Positions 36,201-61,500 of a stretch of 64,000 nucleotides of DNA are shown piece by piece. Each line of letters begins with the position of its first letter. The first letter of the stretch is position 1. The position numbers and the translations under genes are program-made. This DNA comes from Podarcis melisellensis (Eukaryota): assembly GCA_964234715.1 (NCBI GenBank), contig OZ174275.1; one strand, given 5' to 3'. The notes under the pieces were generated by a model that saw only the letters and a program-made list of their open reading frames with translations, ran no database searches and was not told the origin of the DNA.

Positions 36201-37565
36201 AAGCCACATCATTAGAATTCCAACTAGGCAACAATATTTAGGGTGTGAAGGGTATCACCTGGGAAGAGTTCCAAGTGCCAGAGAGAGAGGTTTGGAGAAC
36301 TGTGTTTGGTCACCAGGCCTGAGGTTCTCCATCCCTGACTGAGACCAACATCTTGTTTCCCAGTTACCAACCAGATGCCTCTGGGCAACCCCCCCCCCCC
36401 AGTAAATGGCAATTCAGAGACAGTTGGAGCTGGCCTATGACCATCATGATTAGTTACAACTGATACTTTTAAAAGCAAAGTGGGAAATAAGATTATCTAA
36501 ATCCTCATGTTTAAACTCGACTGTTAGCTGACTGTGCCTCTTCAGACTGTGGGTGGGTGATCAAATGTAGAAATGCTTTCTGATATTTTAGGTATACACT
36601 TGTCTGTGCAGAAAAATTATCAGTGGGAGGGAATGTGGACATTCATCCCAGTCTTTAAGAATTTGGTGGAGCACATGGTTTCTATACAACTGGGCATCAT
36701 AGGAGCCAACTCCTAGGGGCTGTGGGGGCTTTGGCCCCCACAATAAAATATTTAACCACAATGTTGATGGGCATTTCTATTCAAATGGTGTGTGTGCACT
36801 GTGTCATGTGATTGATTATGCAGGGCGGGGTTTACCTGGGCCCCCACAATATTTTATTTAAATTGGCACCCCTGCTGGGCATTCAAAAGCATCACGGCCT
36901 CTGACAGCAGTGCAGACCCATGAATCCTCTTTTATAGGCACCTAAGCTGGTGGCCACCACTGGGGGAGCAATCACAGATGGAGGCTAATATTCTGCCTTA
37001 AACCATGGTAGAGCATTGGTTACTTGGTGGCCCTGCCTGGCAGCACTCTCCTCCGTTCTCTGGTGCTAGGATACCTTGAAGGAGAACACGGAGGGGATCA
37101 CGCCCGCCTTCAGCCTTTTCTGTCCTCCATACACCTCGAAGTCATCCTGGAAGAAATGATCTGAGCAGATGCAGGCGCCTGAGCCTGGGATCCACAGCTT
37201 CCTGGAGCCTGGCTCAATGCGATTCACAGCCAGCATCCACTTCTTCCTCAGTTCATGGGCTTTGGGGAAGCTGGAGGAAGAAGAGATGGGAAACTATAAA
37301 TCCCACTGACTTTCCCCACATGGGCTGATGGTGAAGGTGACGACACCGACTGACACAAAGCCCCGCCCACAACCCCACACCTGGCCCCGCCCCTTGTTAA
37401 CCAAAGCCCCGCCCCCTCCGCTAATAGGCTTAGAACCAGCCACGCTCTCCATGAGGAGGCCCCATTACGGTATTCAGATGCAGACCTGTGGAAGGAGAGG
37501 CCCTTGGCCCGGTTCTCCCGCGTGTCCCGGTTGGGACAGTTAACGGCCGAGCAGGCTTTAGGCAT
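17502..37565 (-). CDS. THAP9: THAP9-like domesticated P-element transposase gene (THAP zinc finger + P-type RNase H fold), about 907 aa
   Basis: Minus-strand exons 37486-37565, 37075-37270, 26197-26316 (donor uncertain), 25106-25334, 23793-23946, 17502-19446 total 2724 nt, all GT-AG and in phase, with no stops. THAP C2CH domain [10 protein letters not shown]...SFHSFP...W...CSDHF...VIPSVF. P-transposase motifs [67 protein letters not shown]. The symbol marks family membership; orthology is not shown. Confidence 0.9.
19706..19944. mobile_element. TcMar MITE family A
   Basis: Same TIRs, TA TSD. Confidence 0.85.
20511..20725. mobile_element. TcMar MITE family A
   Basis: Same TIRs, TA TSD. Confidence 0.85.
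20744..21623. mobile_element. TcMar MITE family B (880 bp) with a GC-rich internal repeat array
   Basis: TIR CAGTGGTGCC(C/T)CGCAAGACGAA, TA TSD, subterminal GCAAGACGAA repeats. Confidence 0.85.
23793..23946 (-). CDS. THAP9: THAP9-like exon 5 (HTH region of P transposase)
   Basis: cagcag|[10 protein letters not shown]...[10 protein letters not shown]|gtatgt. Confidence 0.87.
24276..24635 (-). mobile_element. Sauria SINE, full length
   Basis: Minus strand starts GGGATGCAGGTGGCGCTGTGGGTTAAA, has B-box GGTTCGAATCC and an (ACCTTT)n tail. 14-bp TSD AATCAAGTGGGGTA at 24262-24275 and 24636-24649. Confidence 0.88.
25106..25334 (-). CDS. THAP9: THAP9-like exon 4 (HCF-binding motif, coiled coil)
   Basis: cctgtag|[12 protein letters not shown]...LRSQFS G|gtaagc. 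Confidence 0.85.
26197..26316 (-). CDS. THAP9: THAP9-like exon 3 (low-complexity linker; 3' boundary uncertain)
   Basis: Acceptor caatacag|GAA CCA in phase 0. Best phase-0 donor is GCA|gtaggt; the frame stays open to a stop at 25960. Confidence 0.55.
27111..27792 (-). mobile_element. CR1 LINE, 5'-truncated (end of ORF2 + 3' UTR)
   Basis: EKDLGVLVD...[19 protein letters not shown]...RRLRGDMI; (ATTCTATG) tail. Confidence 0.92.
28579..28611. repeat. (TG)n microsatellite
   Basis: Read directly from the sequence. Confidence 0.9.
31841..31869. repeat. (AC)n microsatellite
   Basis: Read directly from the sequence. Confidence 0.9.
32481..32736. mobile_element. hAT (Charlie-like) MITE
   Basis: TIRs CAGGGGTAGGCAAACT / CAGGGGTCAGCAACCT; perfect 8-bp TSD ACATAGCA. 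Confidence 0.88.
33225..33610 (-). mobile_element. L2-type LINE 3' fragment with (TAA)n tail
   Basis: Reverse copy of the same 3' end as at 11755; (TTA)n at about 33229-33277. Confidence 0.6.
34140..34381. mobile_element. TcMar MITE family A
   Basis: Same TIRs with slight decay, TA TSD. Confidence 0.85.
34675..34897 (+). mobile_element. tRNA-derived CORE-type SINE
   Basis: A/B-box-like head (ggagttcaaatcccc), CORE-like ctgggtgactttg...tctctcagcctc. Relatives at about 22117-22332 and 49746-49955. Confidence 0.65.
35045..35392 (+). mobile_element. L2 LINE 3' fragment
   Basis: Peptide RE(Q)[14 protein letters not shown]...KTFLFTQAF typical of the L2 ORF2 end; AAT tail. Confidence 0.65.
36023..36192. 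mobile_element. hAT-type MITE carrying TTAGGG-containing repeats
   Basis: Perfect TIR CAGTGGCGTAGCGTGGG; perfect 8-bp TSD AGACAAGC. Confidence 0.88.
36698..36874. mobile_element. Short non-autonomous DNA transposon with an 8-bp TSD
   Basis: Imperfect TIRs CATAGGAGCCAA / CAGGGGTGCCAA; perfect TSD CTGGGCAT. Confidence 0.75.
37075..37270 (-). CDS. THAP9: THAP9-like exon 2 (THAP C-half)
   Basis: cctccag|[65 protein letters not shown]|gtatcc (not in the ORF track). Confidence 0.9.
37486..37565 (-). CDS. THAP9: THAP9-like exon 1 (THAP N-half)
   Basis: ATG at 37565; [28 protein letters not shown]|gtctgc. Confidence 0.88.
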
Positions 37566-37767
37566 CGTCTCCGACTCCGCGGCGAAAAGCCCCAATCCCG
37601 GCTCCCGCCAAGCGCGGTTACTTTGCCTCGAGCGTCATGGCGGCAACGTCCGCGGCGCACTCTGAACTGACCCCGGAGGCGACCCGTCGGAGGGAAACGC
37701 CCCGCGCGCGGATTGGTCCCCGCGGCGACCTGTTGCCGGCCGCGGTGGGTGCTGGGAAAAAGAAAAC

Positions 37768-52262
<14,495 letters not shown>

Positions 52263-54183
52263 GGATTCAGGAGAGACTTTGCAGCTTGTGGCCATCAGCG
52301 AAACACCAATTGCACCTTGAGTCCACCTGGAAGAATTGAACAGGATTGCTTTTTAGCCGAGCATGGCTGGGGCTTCTTGAGGAGAAAAGGAGAAATGGAC
52401 ATGCCTGGCACTTGCTCAAAAACTCTCTGGACATTATTTTCTATTTGAAATGACCCCAACCTTCAGCTAATGGAATATTGGCCCTTCCAGAGATTCCCCC
52501 GCTGCTGCTGCGCACTGCACAAGGGTTGCCAATTGACCTCTGTGCTGCTGCTGTTTCCACTTCCCCCAGCCCCTGGCTGTTATTAGCAGAATATGTTTGG
52601 GGGGAGAAGGAAGCTGTGTCTGAAACTCTTCCAAGGGAAATGACAGTAAACAGGGGAATGGTGGGGAATCCCCAGGGCCTAGACTGTCTTCTAGAACAGG
52701 GGGAAGTTTTGATTTTGGCACAAGGTCATTCTTGCTGGCCATGCCTTGAACCAATGTAATGTAATTAGATCCCTTTTTGAGAGCAGTGACTTAAAAGCCT
52801 CCATCTGTAGCAAGCGGCAAAGGATCAAGGCATGCTTGGGTGGGCTTGTGCAAGATATTTGCAGTGTTATGCAAATATGCTGGACAGCTGGGGAAACGTA
52901 CATTTCTTACCCTGTCACACACACCCTGAACCATGGGTTGATGCTGTTGAGAAGAGAGCATCTTCAGTTGAGGAATGAAGAGGTTATTGGGCCTGCTGTT
53001 TCATATAACCTGTTGCCTCGTCTCCTTGGTGCCCTCTTGGTTTCCTTTCAGACCTTTATGGAAACTGCTAACAAAACAGGGCAGTGGGCGCTCAGTCCAC
53101 TGGCTCTGGTGTGGTTTGTGCAACCACTGCTGTTGCTGGCCTCCCTTCCCCGGCGAGATCTACCTGAATAGCATGGCCCCATCTGCACGTGGGGAAAGGA
53201 AGTAGTTTGAAGGAAAGCGGCTTCCCCTTGTCGAAGCTTCACTGCTGCCCCTTTGCTCCTTCTAGCCCAGCATTCTGGGTTTCTTTCTTAAACGACTCCA
53301 GATACAGTTCTGCTGGTGTAGATGAAGAACAGGAGCAGATGAAAGTGCTCTCTTCCATCCCACAATGCTGCTTTGATGTTCAGGACAGAAGCTATCCTGC
53401 CACAAAGCCCCCTCTTGCATCTGCATGCCTTTCCCCCCTGCCTTGGTTTATGTTCTTCTCTTGGAAGAAGAATCTCATCACACTGGGAAACTCAATCCAC
53501 GTGAAGCGGTGCTTGCTGTTGTAACCATTTTACATTTACCTTGCATGATAGTTGCTGTTGCAGCTGTGGGTTCATCTGAAGACTTGCGTCGTGCCCATTG
53601 TACATTCTGTTAAGGTAGCAAGTCTGTCTAATCGCTCTTCACTGGGAAATCAACCACTAAGAGTACACTGGAATGATGACTTTGGTTTCGATAAGATGCT
53701 CTTGCTAGAGAAAGAGAGATGAGGTTTATCAGGGTAGCTTGAGGACCCACTTTACGATGGAGCAACATCTTGCCTATTTCCATATCTGCATATTCATTAG
53801 TGCAATTGACCTGCTTTCTCCTTGCACACTTCCCCAAGAAGGTAAATGGCTGCATGGGCTTACTGGAAATCTCTTCCCCGCCCCCTTGGGTCTGCTCCAC
53901 TTCTCATTTTTTGCTCCCTGGGTTCTGAAAATGCACTGATGTTTTAACTTCGATTATTGCAAATTTGTCTTAAAGTGCTCCTTTTCCAAGGCCAGGAGTT
54001 TGCAGAGCTTTGGTTTGGCCTGGTGTGCTCTCGACTGGAAGAGGGTTCTCTTCTTGGGCTGTCTGTGTACTTTGAGTTAAAACGGTAGTATTAATGAGCT
54101 TTGTTGTGGCCAAGGTTGGGCCTCTGCTGTGTGGGGAGGTCCAAAGGGGAGTGATAAGGATTCTCTCCCTCCCACCCCAAGTG

Positions 54184-54189
54184 AATAAA
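54184..54189 (+). terminator. Probable ARFGAP2 polyadenylation signal
   Basis: AATAAA followed by a GT-rich downstream element (gtgtgtgttcc). Confidence 0.6.
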
Positions 54190-55334
54190 ATCAAATACGT
54201 GTGTGTTCCATTTCTGTGACTTCCTTTTTTTAATTCAGATGTAGCTGATGGACCCCAGGGACACTGAGGCAAGCAGAGCTACTCCCTTTTCTTGCCATGG
54301 GCTAGGAAGGGAAGTTAGCAGACTTCAGGTGAGGTGTAAAGAGGACACAGTCTGGGTGTGAAAGCAGCCTTAAAGGATTACCAATTTGTGTTGATTTTTT
54401 CTTTATGAAAAATGAGCTGATTTGAAACACCGTCTGATTAATACACTTTTTTAAAAAAAACTTTGTACCTTCCCTAGGAAGACACTTACCAATGATTCAG
54501 TGGAGTTTTGAGCGGTATTGTCACCTTTCGCATTCCCTCAAGTTGTAATGAATCTCAGACACATTACTTGCCTTTTACAACATGCTTTATTTACTATATA
54601 TTATACTTTGTTTGCAGGAAAGTTTAAAGCTTTGCAATTTAATAAATAATGCCCTACTCCTTTCTCCTACGATAGAGCCCAGTAAGCATTTGAAAATGCT
54701 CATCGGCAATGGCCATCCCACAAAGTATGGAAGCTTAGCCCCAAATTTCAAATCTGGTGACTTAACTGGGGTCATGTCTTACTAACTTGTTTGAATTTTG
54801 AAGTGAAAGCTTGGAAGGTATTGGACTAGCTAACCGACTAGCAGATAGGGCATATACAGGAGGAGAAAGTAAAATAAATCTCGCGAGGACAAGAAGAGTG
54901 CTTTGAGTTACAGGCTTCATCTTGTATATTTCCTATCCTTGGATGAGGATGAAAATGTTTCACAGTGCATAGTTTTGGGATTAGAATTGATTCTTCAAAG
55001 GTAGCTACTACTTGCCCTAGTGCTAGAACGTTTCTACTAATTTGACTTGTTTGCCACCAGAGGGCAGTCGAACCCTGCAGCTGATGTCAGCTTTCATGGC
55101 CTAGCCATCCAATTTCTCTGCCAGTATGAGAAGAAAACAACAGTTTTTGTTAGAATGGGGTGTGCCTTGCTGAGAGGGAGCTCTGAGCTATAATACTGAT
55201 AAAGAGTAAAAAGGAGTAGGTCACACGTTGAGCTTGTGGAGGAAGGTACTTAAACAGCTATGTTTCATCAACGCCTACATGGCTTCAGTTACAAGGGCTG
55301 AAAATAAGCTTGTACTCCCATGCATATCTATCCA

Positions 55335-55515
55335 TCAGTTCTCAGAGGAATCTGTCTCTTCGGTGGAGCCGTCGCTTTCCGCATCCATTTTTCGGCGGTG
55401 GAGGAGAGGCCTCCAAGGGGAGCTGAGGCGGAGAGAGGGGCGGGAAGGCACATTGGTCGCATCCCCGCTGGCAGGGTTGGAATTGGAAAGGGAGAGCCCG
55501 GAAACCTGAGCTACC
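55335..55515 (-). CDS. CSTPP1: CSTPP1 last coding exon
   Basis: ttgcag|VAQVSG...[31 protein letters not shown]. Confidence 0.9.
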
Positions 55516-58500
55516 CTGCAAGAAGAAAAATGGGGCTGAGAGATTTGTCATTGCAGAATCTTGCGCACTAGTACATGGGGGAAAGGATCTGGCTCACAGG
55601 TTGCCGTCAGGGCTCCTCTGCCGCATGCACTGTTCTTGCAATGGAAGATTTAATGTTTGCAAGAAGCCAAGAGCTTCCTCTGCTGGCATATAGCTTCCAC
55701 TTCCTAAACTGCTCTTAGAATCATAGAGTTGGAAGAGACCACAAGGGCCATCGAGTCCAACCCCCTGCCAAGCAGGAAACACCATCAGAGCACTCCTGAC
55801 ATATGGTTGTCAAGCCTCTGCTTAAAGACCTCCAAAGAAGGAGACTTCACCACACTCCTTGGCAGCAAATTCTACTGTCGAACAGCTCTTACTGTCAGGA
55901 AGTTCTTCCTAATGTTTAGGTGGAATCTCCTTTCTTGTAGTTTGGAACCATTGCTCTGTGTCCGCTTCTCTGGAGCAGCAGAAAACAACCTTTCTCCCTC
56001 CTCTATGTGACATCCTTTAATATATTTGAACATGGCTATCATATCACCCCTTAACCTCCTCTTCTCCAGGCTAAACATGCCCAGCTCCCTTAGCAGTTTC
56101 TCATAAGGCATCGTTTCCAGGCCTTTGATCATTTTGGTTGCCCTCCTCTGGACACATTCCAGTTTGTCAGTGTCCTCCTTGAACTGTGGTGCCCAGAACT
56201 GGGCACAGTACTCCAGGTGAGGTCTGACCAGAGCAGAATACAGTGGCACTATTACTTCCCTTGATCTAGATGCTATACTCCTATTGATGCAGCCCAGAAT
56301 TGCATTGGCTTTTTTAGCTGCCGCGTCACACTGTTGGCTCATGTCAAGACTCCTAGATCCTTCTCACATGTACTGCTCTCAAGCCAGGTGTCACCCATCT
56401 TGTATTTGTGCCTCTCATTTTTTTTTTGCCCAAGTGTTTAAGTGACAGGACTCTTGGCTTGCACAGCTAAGGCTGCCTCCTTAGTTAGAAGCCTCTGGGT
56501 CTCTTTTAAGGTGGCTAGCCAAACTGCTGTGTGATACACCTTTTGCACTCTTGCACAGGTGCTGTTTGTTGGGATTAGACTTGGGCTGGAAAGTCTTCCA
56601 TTCCCTCCATGTCAATTAGCAGTAATTGCATAAAAAGGCAATTTGCCGTCTCATCAACTGCACCACTGAGCTGAGACGGATCCAAAGAGGAGTCATGCTG
56701 CATAACCTGTGCCTGTAGCTCAGGGGGAAAATGCATGTTTTATAAACTGAAGGTGTTGGGTTCAGTCCCTGGCATCTGCAGACAGGGGTGGAAATGTCCT
56801 TGAAGGAAGAGGCACTGCAGAGTAGACTACTGAGCTAGAGGGACATGTTGCCTGACTCTGCTTTCTCCGCTGGAAAAGGGACTTACAGTTTCTCCAGTTC
56901 CTGATCCATATGTGGGTCAAGCAGCAGGTCTGCCTTATCTGGGAGAGCACCTGGAGGAGGAAAAAAGCAACAAGGTGAAGATCAGCCTGATACTTCAGCA
57001 AAAGCTGCTGTCATCCATATGCCATAGGAACTTGACAATGTCCATTTTGTGTGTGCTTTTCAGCTGAACACAAGTTCATAATGCAAATAGAGCCTTCTGC
57101 AGAGTGGATGATACATCCCTTTGAGAACATGCAGTTACGTCAAGGCAATGCTGGTCAATCTCTTCCCCAAAACAATGGGATTTGCGGGTACTCATGTTAA
57201 CTGTTAGATTACCTTTTACATGCTCTATTGCTTGTTTTCTTGCTTAGAAGGAGCTACATGATCTCGGCCGCTTGTAACAAGGGTGCCTATGCAGCTGTCG
57301 TCTTCTGAGGGATGCCTCATAGAAAATCTAACACATAAACTAAAACACTTAAGCTGAAAGCAAGCACCCTTGCCCCGCTGTCTTTCCATTGTGTCTTCAC
57401 AGAAACTGTGCAATTGTGTAGAATGAAATCCTGATGGCCTGCTTTCTTGCTGCAAAGCAGTATTGATAGGAGACAACTTGGGGTGGAGAAAAAATGCCTT
57501 AACCCTTTCTGCTTCCCACAATGTACTGGATGCATGTTTGCAAGAGGGTAAATAAAGATGTAGTGGCTTGGGGTGGGAGCTAAGCTGGGAGAGCCACTAA
57601 ACTAGATGGACCAATGGTCTGACCAGAGGAAGGCAACTTCCTGTGTTCTCTGACGCTCCAAGAAATGGGGTTCTTCAGCACCCCTGGCTCCATGTCACAA
57701 AAGCCTGCAGCAGCCAAGAAAATGCTCCTGCCTGCTGCCAGCCTTCCACAGCCTCAATTAGCTGAACCCAGCCAAATGCTGGTAATCTTCCTGCATGTGT
57801 AAGAAAGTCTCCTGGGACGCTTGAGTCTCTTGGGAGAGTTGGTAGGCAGCACTTAGAGGACCGGTGAATCAATATTGACGTGAGGCTGGGCGTTGCCATC
57901 TGCCTGAGAAACTCATCCACTGTGCTCTAATCCCTGTCTCTCGTCATGGCAGGGCTGCCGCCTCTCCAAGGCCCCTGCCTGAAAGCGCCTCCCAGCCCTC
58001 GCCTGGAACTGCCCTCGCTGCAGGGCTCGCTGTGATCCCCTGCAGACCAAAGCCTATTCAAATCAGCCTGCGTGCAGGGAAGATGAAAAGGCACCAGGAG
58101 AAGAATCTGGCTTCCCTTGCCAAGACGAGAGCACCTGTTCGACTTGCGGCTGCTGCCCCTCCCTGTGAGAGGCCTCGGCAGGAAGCTGGCAAGAGGCCAG
58201 AGGCCAGGCCTTCCTTAATGGAAGGGAAAACCCAGGCACTTTGTGCATGGCACAGCGATGGCAGTGGGCAGGGCTTGCTCAGCCCATATGTTGGCTTTGC
58301 CCCTTTACTGGAAAGTGGCTTTTGCAGACCTGGCTGGGCACAGTCCAGGCACCCTCTTCCTCCTGTGAATGGATGTCTCTCTAAGCCTGTTTGCAGAGGG
58401 GATTGCAGGCTTGTATGCTCTGTCCTCTTTGATATATAATCTCCTTGCTGCTGGGTAAACAGCCCTGCACCAGGAGAGCATTAGCAGCTCAGATGGCTGG

Positions 58501-61500
58501 CTGAGGCACAGGGAGGGAGAGAGCAGCGCTGGCTGTGCTGTGACTTAGACCCTCGCAGGCAGGCGGCTCACACGGGCCAGAAAACGAGAGAGGGCAGAGG
58601 GACTGAGAAGCAGCTTGGTACAGGGACTTGCAATGGGTTGAAGATACTCAGAAGTCACTAGTACTAGTCACTAGGTACCACTGTATAGGACAGAACCCAA
58701 CAATAGCTAGAAATTTAGCACAAAGGAATACATGAGAGTAAATGTGAAATCTGATGGGCTCACTTTAGCCAATCATAATTCATTTGATCCAGTGCAGGCC
58801 ACAAATGATTGGGCCAAGAATTAAACAATTAATTTAAGAAACACTTCCCTCCTTTTGCAGAAGCAAATCAACAAATGTATAGTCAGCATACGGTTGCAGC
58901 CAGTCACAGCTGCCTGACAAGGGAACCGGTGTGAAACCCATGTTTCCAAACACGCATCTGCCACAGTCACACTTTACAACTAAAAGATAATGCATGATGT
59001 GGTCTTTGGGCAACTGGAAGGAATTAAAGCAGTTTAAATGAAGGGTTTTTCTTTCTTTTTTTGTACTGTCCCGCTTGCCTTTCTTGACTGATTCATTCCA
59101 AGTTTCTTTACTCCAAAGGGACCTTTCTAAAATGCTCCTACTTTGTTCTTCTGGCATATTTGGTCACGGCAAAGACATTTTTCTCAGTGGTCACTTTAAA
59201 ACCTGCTGTCAACTTCCCTAGACCACATCATTGCGGGGGAGAGGGAAGAAACAGGGGGGGACTTTTCTTTACCGAGGGCTCTGTTGATCCCATGATGCTT
59301 TGCAAGAGCCATCAGAAATCCATAGAAGGTCAGTCTCTGCACACTGCTCAGAACTTCCTTCACAATAGCAGATGGGGGACAACTAGGCAAACGAGAGGAA
59401 GACAGGAAGAAATTGTGCTGCATCAGTTTCAGCAATTTCAGCTTATGGATGGAGGGATGGATCAGGTGTCACTTTGCAACATGAAGCTGTCTTTTAAAAG
59501 GACGCAGGAGGAAATAATCTCCCCATAACTCCCTCTGACTCTGGCCATGCGTGAATTGGGCTGCACCCCCCTGCCTCAAGGGATTTTGGTGGGAGCTGCC
59601 ACCTGGCATGTCACCAGTAAGGGAAGACTCCTTCCACCATAGGCTTGACAGGATCCAGTCACTTAGTCCCATTCCCTTGCCTCAGGGGAGGACTGCTGCC
59701 CGCTATGGCATCAAGGAAGAAGGACAAGGACAGGAAATGCTGCCTGGACAAGCCTGGCTCTGTGTGGGCCCTGTACAATTCCTGCTTCTGTACTAGATTT
59801 GAGAATCTTCTGTGAGCTGCTTTGAGAGTGTCTTGGGGCTATAAAGCAGGATATGAATAAATAATCAATCTCCACAGGCAACCATGATTGCCTTTTAATG
59901 TGAGGAGGTGAAAAGTGCTTTGCTGAAGGGCATTTCCCAACAACTTTGACCAGCAGGTACTGCAATCCATTTCTGTCAGCGCTGGCATAGCTCTTATACT
60001 GAAGGAAGGATATTGTCAGCACTGTTTCTGTTGAGAAATGGGCCCTATTTCACGCTCAGCCTGAAACGCCCTAGATGAGCCTGAGAATACTGGGGTACTC
60101 TTAAGTCAAAAGACCACTTCCATCTGGCAGAACTCAGAGTTAAGAGGGGTCTCAAAACGTGCTCACTTGTTACAGGGAAAACTGCCTTTTTGCAGTTGTG
60201 CGCTCCTTGAGAAGTTGGTATCATAATTTCTGTCACCCATCTAACTATCAGTGGTACTTAGCCATGCTAGTTTCAGAGAGCAGAGAGGCAGCATTGGGCT
60301 AAGGATACAGGGCAACTTGCCACATCTCAGTTCCTAGATGTGATGAGTGTCTTTGCCTAGACTTCAGGGAGCCCCTCCCCTCCCTGCAAGGTAGGCAGAG
60401 ATGAACCATGGTTTATTCATGTTAGCCGGTCACAAGCCTTACCTGTATTTGGACCTGTCACACAGAGACTCAAGGCACTGGTAAAATGCAGATGCCTCCA
60501 CCCCATCGAGGGGGCTGCACTCACTTAGAGTCTGGCGCGAACGATGCTGCCCAGAGGATGATGTAGGCACAATGACAGTGTTTGGGTTCTTGCCCGTCAA
60601 GAGCTCTTGATAGATGGCAGCCACGCTTTCAATGAACTCTGTAAAAACAGAAAGGCAACTTAGAAATCATGGTTATTGGCACACATGGGAATTCTCAAGG
60701 CTTGGGGACATGTGTAGCAAATCGATCCCATTCTTCCTCCTGCAGTTACTTACGCATGATACTGCCAAAGACGTCTTAGAGCATGCAATACTGTGATTTT
60801 ACTTGTGTTACTATGTGATGAGGACCCAAAAGGCCTTAGTGCAGGGGACGCCAACATGGTTCCCTTCACATGGTTTTGGACTAATACTATGGTATGTATT
60901 TTTGTGTTTTTATATTGTAAACTGCCTTGTGATCCTCAGATGAAGGGTGGTCTAGAATTGTAAAAAACAAAACAAAAAACCAAGCAGCCCCATCATCCCT
61001 GGCCATTGGCCATGCTGGCTGGGCCTGGTGGGTGCTGTAGCCCACAACATCTGGGAGGAAATCACACTGGCGACCTCTGTGCCTTTGTGACACAGCCTAG
61101 CACTTAGCCTTTTCAGGATGGGACAAGAAAGCCACAAGAGGATTTCACAGGGCCACCTCTGAAAATCTTGTGGATGAATTGCTGGTCCTGCTCTTTGAGT
61201 GTGCTTTTTAAGAAAAATTCCTTCCAACTTTGATTCTACGAAGGAGAGTGAAAGTCAAGGCCACCCAATCAGACCAGCTTCTTAAACACGCAAACTTCCA
61301 TGGTCACAGAGATAAACACCACCCAAGTTAGGAAGAAGCTGTTTGGCATTGTTGGAGGAGGCAAGGGAGTTGGGTCAAGCAGTCTCCAGCCTGCAGCCCA
61401 GTGTACTTCAGCACAAATCCAAAGTAAACACAAGACAGGGTCCAAAGGGGAAATTAGGGGGAGAAGCTGGCCGAAAGCATTTCCCCCCAGGCTCCAAACC

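Noticed and set aside
17502-37700. THAP9-like region as an active autonomous P element
   Set aside because: No TIRs or TSD found, 20-kb span with multiply invaded introns, and the 5' end is embedded in a host promoter.
57670-58630. Moderately GC-rich stretch with a 135-aa ORF in a CSTPP1 intron
   Set aside because: No domain or splice evidence. It could be regulatory, but nothing specific can be supported.
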